Source of the DNA: the human T2T-CHM13v2.0 reference genome, Homo sapiens
Assembly (NCBI RefSeq): GCF_009914755.1
Contig: NC_060930.1
Reading direction: 5' to 3' (one strand)
DNA: 64,000 bases
Positions 44,540 to 60,753 of the stretch are shown piece after piece. The notes under the pieces were generated by a model that was not told the origin of the DNA, ran no database searches, and saw only the letters and a list, made by a program, of their open reading frames with translations. How positions within the stretch are numbered: the first letter of the stretch is position 1; each line of letters starts with the position of its first letter. The position numbers and the translations under genes are program-made.

Positions 44540-45350
44540 TTCTAAATTTACAATGCAATGAAACCTTTCCTAAAGATAAGGAAAAAAATTCTCATTTAAT
44601 ATTACAGATGGTGGATAAACACCACAATATAATTAATTCAGATTAGAAGTAAAATCCAATATAATTGTACAAATGAACTGAGAATATGAACAAACAATTT
44701 AAAACAAAAATACATGGTTCTATGTATACAATAATCATAACTTCAATGATATTTTATTTACTGTTTATTTGTATAATTTCTAAAAATATATGAAAAAATT
44801 TAGTCTTTCTAGAAAATTAAAAACAAACTCAATCTAAGTTAAAGAAAATGATATAGTTTGTATATAAGAAAGTAGTCAAATTGTTTAGGGTGAATATAAT
44901 CTTTGTTGAAAAGATTATTGCAGGACTCTGCCCTTATTAATTTTCAGTTGAAGTGTAATTACTAAACATTTTTAGAAAAGCAGTATGGACATTTGTAATA
45001 AGAATCATAAATAAATCCTTTGGTGCAGAAATTCAAGATTGAGACATTCATACTAGGAAAATAATTCTGAAAAAGCAAAAAAGTTATAAGCTATAAATAT
45101 GATTGTATTATTGATGGCATTAGCTATAATGGAAAGCAAATAGTACTCTTATAGGAAATTATTTAGCACATCGTTTTTTAACAACAAAATGGAATATTAT
45201 ATACCTATTAAAATAATAATTGTAAGAATTGACAGAAGTAGAAAATATACTGGCAATGTCAAGTGAAAATATCAAATACAATATAGCATGTACAGTCTGT
45301 GTCAAGCTATGTATCATATTTGCAATGTTGTGTAGTTGGATAGTTGAAAA
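44540..45350 (+). mobile_element. Highly diverged L1ME-type fragment
   Basis: A-rich degenerate L1 3' motifs (ACAAAATGGAATATTATATACCTATTAAAA). Confidence 0.4.
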
Positions 45351-47278
45351 TTCACTTTATTACATTTACTTTAATTTTTATTTAGTTTCTTTTATTTTAA
45401 TAATTTAATTTAATTTAATTTATATTTTCCAAGTAATTAGCAAAATATATAGTCATACTAATAAGATAAGTAATAATTGTAACGTGTATGTTTGTTTATG
45501 ACCATGGCATTCCCTGACAAACTTGCCCTGGTATTTCTTTCAGTAATTAACTTCTCTCACCAATTTCTTTGTCTTCAGCAGAAAGTCCTCATAACCAAAA
45601 TGCCAGGATTTAGAATTCACCAGGCCATTTAGCTTCCTTTTGTAAGAATTTTTCATTAGGGTAGACCCATTATGTGCATTTAAATGTGCATTTCAAGAAT
45701 AGGGGAGTGTTGTCTGGGATTCTTGTTTTGGTTTTTGCATTAGAGAATAAAACCTTCAAAACAAGATTCTTTGTTTGAAAATCTTCTTTTGGATTCCACT
45801 TAAAAGGTGGAGAAATGATCAAAATAGCATCCCACAAGCATTCTTGGCAGGGCTGTGATACGTGTTGAAGTTTTCTTTATTCTCAGGATTGGCATTTGTT
45901 GAAGAGCTTTTCAAAGATGGTAGATACATTAAAGAAGAAAGCACTTTCAGCTTCAACTAGTATATGGTTAAATTAATGAGTGATTTTCTGACCTCTGGAT
46001 TTGTGTTAGAGTAACATTAATTATCTATAAGACCTTTGCACATCCTCTACCACTGACTTCAGCCAAGGAAAAGACTTCCTTCTAATACAGCATCAGTGAA
46101 TTTTTTGTGACTCTTTGCAGATTTATATCTGTAGCAAGGATAAAATTTCATAAGATACTTTAAATTAAAATAAATAAAATTACTGTTATTTTAAACAAAA
46201 TTATATTAGTCATTATTTTTTCTTGGAAGGGAAGGATGAAAAATATACAAGAGCCTTTTTGGTAGATCTGTTATTGGCTTTCCTCACTGGCTTTAAAGTC
46301 ATTTCTCCGGACGGAGCTGCTTTGATTTATGGTCACTTGAAGTGATCCCTAATGCCCCTCCTTTGTTCCTATTTCCTATTTGGTTGCCAACCCTCCCAAC
46401 ACAGTCTATTATTCTGGAATTGGTTTAGTTGTGCTTGAAAGGAAGTTTGGTTTATTTGGTTTGAGAGCTTCTCAGATCTGCTTTTTTGTGTGTAACACAC
46501 ATAGGAAGAGCTGGAGTTTGCCATTGCAATGTAGTATTTTTTACAATCCTCCAGACCCCATACTTTCCATGCAATATTATTTCTTTTCGTTAAACATACC
46601 AAAATAGCTGCACCCTTAATGGAAACTTTATAAGCCCTACTAAATACATTTAGATTTTTGAACTAATAATTTTTAACTGAGTTTCAGAGCATTGCAATAG
46701 TTTTTCTCATGCAGAAAAAAGTTTTGTAGGAAATTAGTTCAAATTTAATTACTTTTCCACCAAAACCTATAGGTCCAGCTGCTTTATTTCTTTATATATC
46801 CTTTAATAGGTTGCAGTCTAAAAATGTTTCTAGAGAGGTAGTAGTTTCATAGAAGTAAAGTGGAAAAATGTCTCTTCCATTTCTTGTTAGAGGCACATGA
46901 GACAATTGCAGACTAAGCTTCAGGATTTTGTTCTTCAACTTCTAGAATACACAGGAGAAATCATTCACTAGGACTGTATTCTACTTTGGGAGCATGCTGA
47001 CCTATGTATTTTCAAAAAAATATTTTTAAGAAGTATAAATATTTACACAATAAATTCAGAAATCAAAGTCCTACCATGTATTTTCATTGTTTAGGGCAGA
47101 TTCACCAATCGCTCCTCAACACTACCTTTCCTAGTGGAGAGCTTGTATTTGACAGAGTTGCTCCTTTAATGTCACTGCTCTGCTGATTTAGTCTTGAGTT
47201 GGGGATCTTTTCGTGGGTGAATATTTTATCTCTCTCTTCTGACTCCATGTCTGTTCTCATCCAGTCTGGTCTCTCAAT

Positions 47279-47455
47279 CAGTGCTTTTCAAACCTCATTG
47301 TACATACAAATCACCAGTTAAAATACAAATCTCGTTAAAACACAGATTGTGTTAAAATGCAGATTCTGGTTCAGGAGTTCTCGGTGAGTCCTGAGATTCT
47401 ACATTTCTGTTACCTTCCAGGTGATGACAATGCTCCCGGTCCGTATTTTGAATTA
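47279..47455 (+). mobile_element. MER5A/B (hAT-Charlie)
   Basis: CAGTGCTTTTCAAAC..GTTAAAATGCAGATTCTGGTTCAG..CCAGGTGATG. Confidence 0.75.
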
Positions 47456-48340
47456 ATAACAAATATCTGGATTATCAGAGACTGTTGACCACTCCTGCTA
47501 GATACTACACATTACTACAAGAGAATTTGAGAGCTATGAGACCATAAGAGCTTCCTGATGCAGTCTTCCATTCTTTCAGTCCAATTCTGTAGAGCATCTG
47601 CTCTGATATTCAGATCTCACAACTCCTCTAGCTGGCTAAAGCTTAACCATCTCTAAATGTGTTACATTGCCAAAGTGTAATTAGGAAAGCATCTTTTGAT
47701 GGGGAAGGTAGCTGGGTAGCAAAATCAATCAGGAAGCAAAATTTAAAGCTACTTTGAGGTTACAGGCGTAGAGCTAAGGTAACAGGCAGGGGAGTGACAA
47801 GTGAGAATGTAGGCTAGAGAAGATACCAATTAAGGCTAGAAACTGCTAAACAAGAATAAATAAAACAAGTCACAGATCACATATGCTTGGCCAAGGAACA
47901 GGAAAAAAATACTCTAGGTCAAGCCCAACTTGGTATTCCCAAGAGACAAATTAGGGTAGACTACAGGGTTGCTGTTGAAGTTGTCATTTAAAATGCCCAA
48001 CAGAGCTGGGCCTCTGTATGGATCCATAGAGGTAGCACAGTGAACAACTCCAAGGGACATCATTTACCTAGACTATGATGTGAGTGGTGCTTCCTGGAAT
48101 TGTACAATGTCATCTTTGGTCTTACTCTTCTGACTCTCAAAGCAAAAGCTTGAGTATACAATTGGGTTATTATAGCTGCTAACATACTTTCTAAAAGAAA
48201 TCCTCTTATATTCTATTCCTTTGGCCTTGAGATAGTTGTTTCTAACCAACGAGAAATAACCAATGTAATTTCTTGACCTGCATGAGTTAGGTTAAAGCTA
48301 GACTGCCTAATAAAGATGCCCAACCAGCATTGACACCTAA

Positions 48341-48786
48341 TGTATTAGTCAGGGTTGTCTAGAGGGACACAACTATTTGGATAGATGTATATATAAAGGG
48401 GAGTTTATTAAGGAGTATTAATTCACATGATCACAAGGTCCCACAATAGGCCGTCTGCAATCTGAGGAGCAAGGAAGCCAGTCTGAGTCTCCAAACTGAA
48501 GAACTTAGAGTCTGATGTTTGAGGGTAGAAGCATCCAGCATTGAAGAAAGATGTAGGCTAGGAGCCTAGGCCAGTCTAATCTTTCCATGTTCTTCCGCCT
48601 GCCTTTATTCTGGTTGCCCGGGCAGCTGATTAGATTGCACCCACCCAGATTGAGGGTGGGTCTGCCTCCCTGAGAACACTGACTCAAATGTTAATCTCCT
48701 TTGGCAACACCCTCACAGACACACCCAACAACAATACTCTGCATCCTTCAATGCAATCAAGTTGACACTCAGTATTAACCATCACA
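48341..48786 (-). mobile_element. Solo MLT2A1 (HERV-L LTR)
   Basis: 446 bp, TGTATTAGTCAGGGTT..CAGTATTAACCATCACA, without the extra MLT2A2 segment. Perfect 5-bp TSD CCTAA (48336-40 / 48787-91). Confidence 0.9.
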
Positions 48787-48879
48787 CCTAAGAACCCTGA
48801 AGTTTCCTTCTGCCTCATATAACAGTTCTGAAGTGTACTTTTCAGACGCATGAGTACCATGCCCCATATGGTAATTTAG

Positions 48880-49165
48880 AGATCCAATCTGGTGGTGGAT
48901 CTGCTACCTTCAACAGAAGGCTTTCAAGACTGTTCTAGTCATTGCTGTTCCATCCACAGAAAAGTAAGCTTGGTAGAAATTGCACACTTAAATCTGCTCA
49001 CATTTTATTTGTCAGAAATAGTCACATGGCCATAGTCAGCTGCAGATAAGCTGGAGATTACTGCTCTAAATTGGGGCTGTGGATGGGCCACTTCTCAAGT
49101 ACAACTACTATTATTGAATAAAGAAAGAATGCACTTTTCTCGACAGCTAGCAATATCTATGTGCT
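48880..49165 (-). mobile_element. Old MLT1 (H/I-like) fragment
   Basis: TCTGCTCACATTTTATTTGTCAGAAATAGTCACATGGCC..GCTGCAG..GCTGG. Confidence 0.5.
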
Positions 49166-49195
49166 CTATAAACCCACCTTAGTGTCCTACAATGA

Positions 49196-49527
<332 letters not shown>

Positions 49528-49687
49528 ATACAATTCTTATCCTTTGCATTCTGTACCTTGATGACTTATTTCTGTAAAAATGTATGGGCAAGACCACCTT
49601 TTTAACTTTAAAAAATGTTTGGTATATGTTAATTTTACATGTTTATTGTTCCATGAATGCCTTTTTATGAAAAGTGCTAAAATACTG

Positions 49688-50064
<377 letters not shown>

Positions 50065-51417
50065 TTATTTGACAATTCCAAGCTAAAGTATGATTTAATA
50101 GAAAAAAATCTCTTGCTAGTAATTGTCTTTAAAAATCTGAATTTGAATTAAAATCTATGGTATTTTTATATAATAGGATCTGTATAGGACAGAGTACTTT
50201 CCTTGTCTGAACTCCAGCAGAAAAAAAAAAAAGTACCCTGTCATTGTTAGAAAAATTAACAAGGAAGATTTGGAATAAAGCCAAAGTTGAATTATGTGTG
50301 CCTCTATGAATAAAACTAGATCCCTACCAAAAGTGTTAGTATTTTCATTAGTGTTAGTGTAGTGTGTGTTTTACATTCACACTTCAGAAATATGTGTCTA
50401 GAGAGAATTTATTTTCTATCAAAGGGTGCCTTCTTTTCAAGAAGATGTTTCTGTTGCAAAGTAAATTAGTTATCTTGAAGGTTGCTGGTATATTGAGGTT
50501 GGGATGATTTATTCAGCCTTTTGCAATTCAAACTTGGAGTAGCATAAGTAAAATATACATCACTAATCTGTTTGTGCTCAGTACTGATGGTACAGAATTG
50601 CTTTGAATATTATTTCTGGTTTCTTGCCAGAGCCAGGTGTTGGTAGGCACAAAAATGGAGCATGAGATTAAAGAACATGCGGATGCAAATGAGTCTCAGG
50701 AACTTCAAAGTATATTTGGGTATTGGGTTCCTGATAGCAAGATACATCTGTAGTCCTCTAAAAATGTAGCTACTCACTATTTGGTCCAGGTCCCAGGAAA
50801 TTTCTAAGATGCACATTTTGTAGAATTTATGGGCAGGCTCTACCTTTCATTTTAAATCTTACTGTCTCTGAGTGATTGATCTGATGCATCAAAAGAATAA
50901 TTTGCATAAGTGAATTCATATGTGAATGTCTCTCATCCTTACCCATCTTATCCTGTAGCATGCTTCCATGTCCTCTGTCTTATCAGGGTTATCACATACT
51001 CTCTTGGTCAGAGGTCATGCTTGTCTGTCACTTTCTTGCATAATCCCTTCACCTGAGAGAAGAAGTGGGTGGGGACACCTGGTTTCTACTTATTGAAGGA
51101 CATCCATCTTCCATAATAGTAGAAACAGGAGAAATAATGCCCTAATACTATGTGGGTTTTTAAATTATTGTAAAGCCTTTGAAAAAGTTCAGTAACTCCA
51201 GATGAATGGTAAATACATGTGTAAAGTTTGGTAGGTCAAATTCAAATTTTCACCACTTAAAATACTATCACAATTTGAAGGAAACTTGTATGCTAATGTT
51301 CAAATTGTGTGTGTATGTGCGTGTGTGTGTATGTGTGGTGTGTTGTTACTGACTCTGCTATTATATGACTTACAAAACTTAAGTTGAAAAAAATAAAAGT
51401 CCTTTTAAGACATCATT

Positions 51418-51724
51418 GGCTGGGCCAGTGGCTCACGCCTGTAATCCTAGCACTTTGGGAGGCCGAGGTGGGTGGATCACTTGAAGTCAGGAGTTTGAGA
51501 CCAGCCTGGCCAACATGGCAAAACCCCATTGCTACTAAAAATACAAAAATTACCCGGGTGTGGTGGCACACACCTGTAATCCCAGCTACTCAGGAAGCTG
51601 AGGCACGAGAATCGCTTGAACCTGGGAGGTGAAGGTTGCAGTGAGCCAAGAGTGACACTGGCCTCCAGCCTCCAGGCTGGGTGACAGAGTAAGACACTGT
51701 CTCAAAAAAAAAAAAAAAAAAAAA
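51418..51724 (+). mobile_element. Alu (AluSz/Sx-like)
   Basis: Full dimeric Alu with a poly(A) tail. Confidence 0.95.
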
Positions 51725-51831
51725 GATTTTGTGCATCACTGCATTTACCCAGGATTAGTGAACTATGCTTTCTTTAAAAAAAAAAAAAAAGGAAGAAGTA
51801 AAATTTCTTCCTGAGGTATTAATGAAATTAA

Positions 51832-52790
51832 TTTCATTCATTGAGTAATTCTCAATTACTTATTAGGTGATAAGTACTCTTCCCGCACAGCACTAAAAAT
51901 ACAAAGTTGAACCAAACAGACGTGGTCCTTGGCTTTCTGGAGCTTCTATTCAAGTAGAAGGAGACAGACAGTCAAGATCATTTCAGTGTTAAATGCGATA
52001 AAGGAAGAAAGAAACGGTGTCTGGGGGAGAATTTTCTGGGGATTACTGGAGTTAAGGTGGTCTGAGAAGGACCTTGAAGAGCTAATTCCTAAAGAATGAG
52101 AAACATTCAGATAATAAAGAGCCAGGAGAGGGCTTTAGCAGAGGGAAGTGAAAATGCACAGGTCTTTAAAGGGGGTGGTATAATAGTTAAAGAACCAAAA
52201 GAGAGCATTGTGTGTAGTATTGAGCAAGGAGAGAATGAATGAGGTAAATTGGAAAGATATGCAGAGCTCAGATTATGTAGCTCCATATAGGCCATGGTCA
52301 CAGTTCCAGGTTGAATTCTCAGGAAGCTGTTTCTCCGAGACAGAAATTAGCATGTGAGGCAAATTAGAGAGTGCTCTTGGATCTACTTTGGAAGGTGGTG
52401 ATGACGCAGGGTGGGGCAAAAGGAGAGGAGGAGCTGCACTGTAGTCCAACCAAGTGTCAGCAACTCCTTGGGAGCACTGGATCTGGGATGGCTCTTTTGA
52501 GTTGTCCCAAGTCATATTGCAATGGTGCTCGGTTACTGGATATGGGCCGCTCCTGAGAGGAAGTGTGATTTTGGGGGAAGCAGTTTTCCTTAGCCAAGAC
52601 AATCCATCAGGAAGGCTGATACCCGAGAGCTGACTTGGCAGCATTCCCAGCAGTGAGTGAAGTAAGTCCTTCATTCCTGAAGGGAGATGGGGGCATGTGG
52701 ATATTATTTCAAGCACAATGGGGAGCCACTGCAGAGTTCTGGAAATGAAGCCTTGTAGTCTGATTTACATTTTCGTATGGTTAATTTTTT
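51832..52790 (-). mobile_element. L2 fragment interrupted by LTR33
   Basis: TTCATTCATTGAG..TTACTTATT (L2 3' end, antisense). L2 resumes after 52717 with ATGGGGAGCCACTG. Confidence 0.6.
52300..52717 (-). mobile_element. LTR33-like ERVL solo LTR
   Basis: GAGTGCTCTTGGATC..GGATCTGGGATGGCTCTTTTGAGTTGTCCC..TCCTGAAGGGAGATGGGGGC. Confidence 0.65.
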
Positions 52791-53384
52791 ATGGCCTGTT
52801 TTTGAAGAATAAATGATATAGAATACAGAGTTAGAAGGGAAATGAAGTGTAATATTGGTGTAAAAGCAATAGATTCAGTCAAATTTGGCCCATGTTATTT
52901 TTCTGTTCTTGACCAAAAGTTGTAAAATTTGGAAAAATCAAAGGAAACAGTTTTTATTCAGACTTAGTGATATCAGGACTAATAAGAGGACTAATATAAT
53001 TGAATGTTTCTTTGCTCATTCTTTCCTGAGAATTGTTGAAATGAGAAATTATCTATAACTGTGGTTTTAGTGAATGCATGAATGTGTGTGTGTGTGTTGT
53101 GTGTGTGTTCATAAGAGAAAGAGAGTTTTAATTCTTTTTCTCTTCTTTATAATGTTAACCTGAATTTTTGTATTTAAAGTTTTTTCCCTTCAAATGTCTG
53201 CATTTTGGCATCTAACTTCAGAGACCCAGGATGAGTTACATATGATAGATCCTTATAACGAACCATTAGTCTCACTTCTTGGAAAGAATATTGGAGTTTG
53301 TGCTAGGCTCACCATGAGAGGTAAATGCTTACCAGCTGATTAACCTATTGATAAAAGTGGTGGTAGATGTGGCTACATGGCTAT

Positions 53385-53655
53385 TGTGCAGAAGCACAAG
53401 GGAAATCTTCATGGTAATGGGATAGATCTACATCTTGATTGTGATGCTGTCTGCACAAATCTATATGTGTGATAAATTAGTATAGAGCTATCCATATAAA
53501 TTTTACATGTATCAATGGCCTGGTTTTGATATTGTACTATAGTTATGCAAATATAACCATTGGGAGAAACTTGGTGATGAGTACATAAGACCTTTGTAAC
53601 TATCTTTCAAACTTTTTGAGAATCTATAATTATTTTAAAATAAAATGTTAAAAAA
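53385..53655 (+). mobile_element. L1MC-type 3' end
   Basis: CTGGTTTTGATATTGTACTATAGTTATGCAA..ACCATTGGGAGAAACT..TCTATAATTATTTTAAAATAAAATGTTAAAA. Confidence 0.75.
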
Positions 53656-53934
53656 CGTTCTTTTCTGCATGACAAATATGCTAGTCATGCCACTGTACAT
53701 TCTCCTTGGATCATTGTACCCACTCTGATGACTTAAACTACTGCAGGCACATTGAAGACCTAAGAATCTTTATTTTATTCAGATATCCCCCCTGAGTTCC
53801 AGACTACATAACTCTCAGGCTGTCCCCATGGGTACCTCAAATTCAAGATGTCCAATGTGCATCCCCCCAAACGACAAAATAAATTTCATCTTAAAAATAA
53901 TATTGGTTATATATATCTTATTTTCTCAAAATAC

Positions 53935-54140
53935 TTTTAAAAGTCTTATTTAATTCTCACAACATCCTTCCTAATTGGTTAACAGAAATACTATTATCCT
54001 AATCTAAGAGTTAAAGAAATCAAAGAGAGTTGTTAAATGACTTGTCTGAGGACTCTGGTTAATATAGTAGAAGAGTAAATATTAAACCCACATATCTTGA
54101 TTTATATTCCAGTACTCTTTTCAAAATACTATTATTGCCA
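53935..54140 (-). mobile_element. MIR fragment
   Basis: TTAATTCTCACAACATCC..CTATTATCC..GTTAAATGACTTGTCTGAGG. Confidence 0.55.
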
Positions 54141-54933
54141 TCTGAAGTCAAATGCTAGTGCATCTTTAATATATTATAACACATGCAAGTAACTTAAAAG
54201 TAGTGTGTTTATACTTTTTTTCTAAAGTACCTGATTAAATAGTTCTCTAGAGAAACCCACATGAAGTAGGTCTATATTTTTGGGCATTTTAAATAGGGCA
54301 CTGAATGTAGTATTTCTCGTCAGCCATTCAGCATATATTACTCTCATTTTTAACTCTGTTTCTTTGTGTTTTAATTCTGGGTGATAGGGGCACTTAATAT
54401 AACAGGACACAGCATGAAGCTTTTTGCTTTCTTAGGGCTTTAAGACCAATAGAAAAAATTAACATTCTTATAGAGGAAAAAATTCTGAAATACAAAGTCT
54501 CTGACATCTGTTTCCCTCATTTATTTGGATCTTTTAAGATTAGCTTATCTCTTCTGGGCTCTTGGAGTCTTAAATTGAAAACACTGCTTTGATATATGTG
54601 TGTCGCTATGATTTGCACACTGTTAAAATGAATATCAGATGGTTTTATATTTTTGCAAAGGCAATAGCTCAAGCAGGTAAACTTTATCTTATGATCTGAA
54701 AACCAAGATGTTGAGACATGGATATCAAAGAATATTGCTTAATTACTTTAAATATCTTAATATTTTAAAGACTTGACCTTAACAAAAATTAATTTAAATT
54801 ATGTTGTACGTTATAAGATGTATATCCAGCACACACTTATTAAGTATCTGGACACAGACAGGAAAGTAAGAAAGGCCTTTCACCAAGGAAGTTAAACAAA
54901 GCTACAGATACGTTCCATTTTAAAGAGAAGCAG

Positions 54934-55838
54934 GAGGAGGAGCCAAGATGGCCGAATAGGAACAGCTCTGGTCTACAGCTCCCAGCGTGAGCGACGCAGA
55001 AGACAGGTGATTTCTGCATTTCCATCTGAGGTACCGGGTTCATCTCACTAGGGAGTGCCAGACAGTGGGCGCAGGCCAGTGTGTGTGCGCACCGTGCGCG
55101 AGCCGAAGCAGGGCGAGGCATTGCCTCACCTGGGAAGCGCAAGGGGTCAGGGAGTTCCCTTTCCGAGTCAAAGAAAGGGGTGACGGACGCACCTGGAAAA
55201 TCGGGTCACTCCCACCCGAATATTGCGCTTTTCAGACCGGCTTAAGAAACGGCGCACCACGAGACTATATCCCACACCTGGCTCAGAGGGTCCTACGCCC
55301 ACGGAATCTCGCTGATTGCTAGCACAGCAGTCTGAGATCAAACTGCAAGGCGGCAACGAGGCTGGGGGAGGGGCGCCCGCCATTGCCCAGGCTTGCTTAG
55401 GTAAACAAAGCAGCCAGGAAGCTCGAACTGGGTGGAGCCCACCACAGCTCAAGGAGGCCTGCCTGCCTCTGTAGGCTCCACCTCTGGGGGCAGGGCACAG
55501 ACAAACAAAAAGACAGCAGTAACCTCTGCAGACTTAAGTGTCCCTGTCTGACAGCTTTGAAGAGAGCAGTGGTTCTCCCAGCACGCAGCTGGAGATCTGA
55601 GAACGGGCAGACTGCCTCCTCAAGTGGGTCCCTGACCCCTGACCCCCGAGCAGCCTAACTGGGAGGCACCCCCCAGCAGGGGCACACTGACACCTCACAC
55701 GGCAGGGTATTCCAACAGACCTGCAGCTGAGGGTCCTGTCTGTTAGAAGGAAAACTAACAACCAGAAAGGACATCTACACCGAAAACCCATCTGTACATC
55801 ACCATCATCAAAGACCAAAAGTAGATAAAACCACAAAG
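54934..55838 (+). promoter_or_regulatory. L1 5' UTR internal sense promoter (YY1 site) and antisense promoter, CpG-rich
   Basis: Intact YY1 motif CAAGATGGCC at 54944-53 and a near-consensus CpG-rich UTR. Confidence 0.9.
55168..55383 (-). CDS. ORF0: L1 ORF0 (71 aa, antisense)
   Basis: MAGAPPPASLPPCSLISDCC..RCVRHPFL from the ATG at 55383. Both known splice donors are present (after ORF0 nt 106 and 191). Confidence 0.88.
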   Translation of the reverse strand: MAGAPPPASLPPCSLISDCCASNQRDSVGVGPSEPGVGYSLVVRRFLSRSEKRNIRVGVTRFSRCVRHPFL

Positions 55839-56855
55839 ATGGGGAAAAAACAGAACAGAAAAACTGGAAACTCTAAAACGCAGAGCGCCTCTCCTCCTCC
55901 AAAGGAACGCAGTTCCTCACCAGCAACAGAACAAAGCTGGATGGAGAATGATTTTGACGAGCTGAGAGAAGAAGGCTTCAGGCGATCAAATTACTCTGAG
56001 CTACGGGAGGACATTCAAACCAAAGGCAAAGAAGTTGAAAACTTTGAAAAAAATTTAGAAGAATGTATAACTAGAATAACCAATACAGAGAAGTGCTTAA
56101 AGGAGCTGATGGAGCTGAAAACCAAGGCTCGAGAACTACGTGAAGAATGCAGAAGCCTCAGGAGCCGATGCGATCAACTGGAAGAAAGGGTATCAGCAAT
56201 GGAAGATGAAATGAATGAAATGAAGCGAGAAGGGAAGTTTAGAGAAAAAAGAATAAAAAGAAATGAGCAAAGCCTCCAAGAAATATGGGACTATGTGAAA
56301 AGACCAAATCTACGTCTGATTGGTGTACCTGAAAGTGATGTGGAGAATGGAACCAAGTTGGAAAACACTCTGCAGGATATTATCCAGGAGAACTTCCCCA
56401 ATCTAGCAAGGCAGGCCAACGTTCAGATTCAGGAAATACAGAGAATGCCACAAAGATACTCCTCGAGAACAGCAACTCCAAGACACATAATTGTCAGATT
56501 CACCAAAGTTGAAATGAAGGAAAAAATGTTAAGGGCAGCCAGAGAGAAAGGTCGGGTTACCCTCAAAGGAAAGCCCATCAGACTAACAGCGGATCTCTCG
56601 GCAGAAACCCTACAAGCCAGAAGAGAGTGGGGGCCAATATTCAACATTCTTAAAGAAAAGAATTTTCAACCCAGAATTTCATATCCAGCCAAACTAAGCT
56701 TCATAAGTGAAGGAGAAATAAAATACTTTATAGACAAGCAAATGCTGAGAGATTTTGTCACCACCAGGCCTGCCCTAAAAGAGCTCCTGAAGGAAGCGCT
56801 AAACATGGAAAGGAACAACCGGTACCAGCCGCTGCAAAATCATGCCAAAATGTAA
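55839..56855 (+). CDS. ORF1: L1 ORF1p RNA-binding/chaperone protein, 338 aa, open frame
   Basis: MGKKQNRKTGNSKTQ..QNHAKM with coiled coil, RRM and CTD (REKG, ARR, YPAKLS motifs). Substitutions T203M and R211T. Confidence 0.97.
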   Translation: MGKKQNRKTGNSKTQSASPPPKERSSSPATEQSWMENDFDELREEGFRRSNYSELREDIQTKGKEVENFEKNLEECITRITNTEKCLKELMELKTKARELREECRSLRSRCDQLEERVSAMEDEMNEMKREGKFREKRIKRNEQSLQEIWDYVKRPNLRLIGVPESDVENGTKLENTLQDIIQENFPNLARQANVQIQEIQRMPQRYSSRTATPRHIIVRFTKVEMKEKMLRAAREKGRVTLKGKPIRLTADLSAETLQARREWGPIFNILKEKNFQPRISYPAKLSFISEGEIKYFIDKQMLRDFVTTRPALKELLKEALNMERNNRYQPLQNHAKM

Positions 56856-56894
56856 AGACCATCGAGACTAGGAAGAAACTGCATCAACTAATGA

Positions 56895-60753
<3,859 letters not shown>

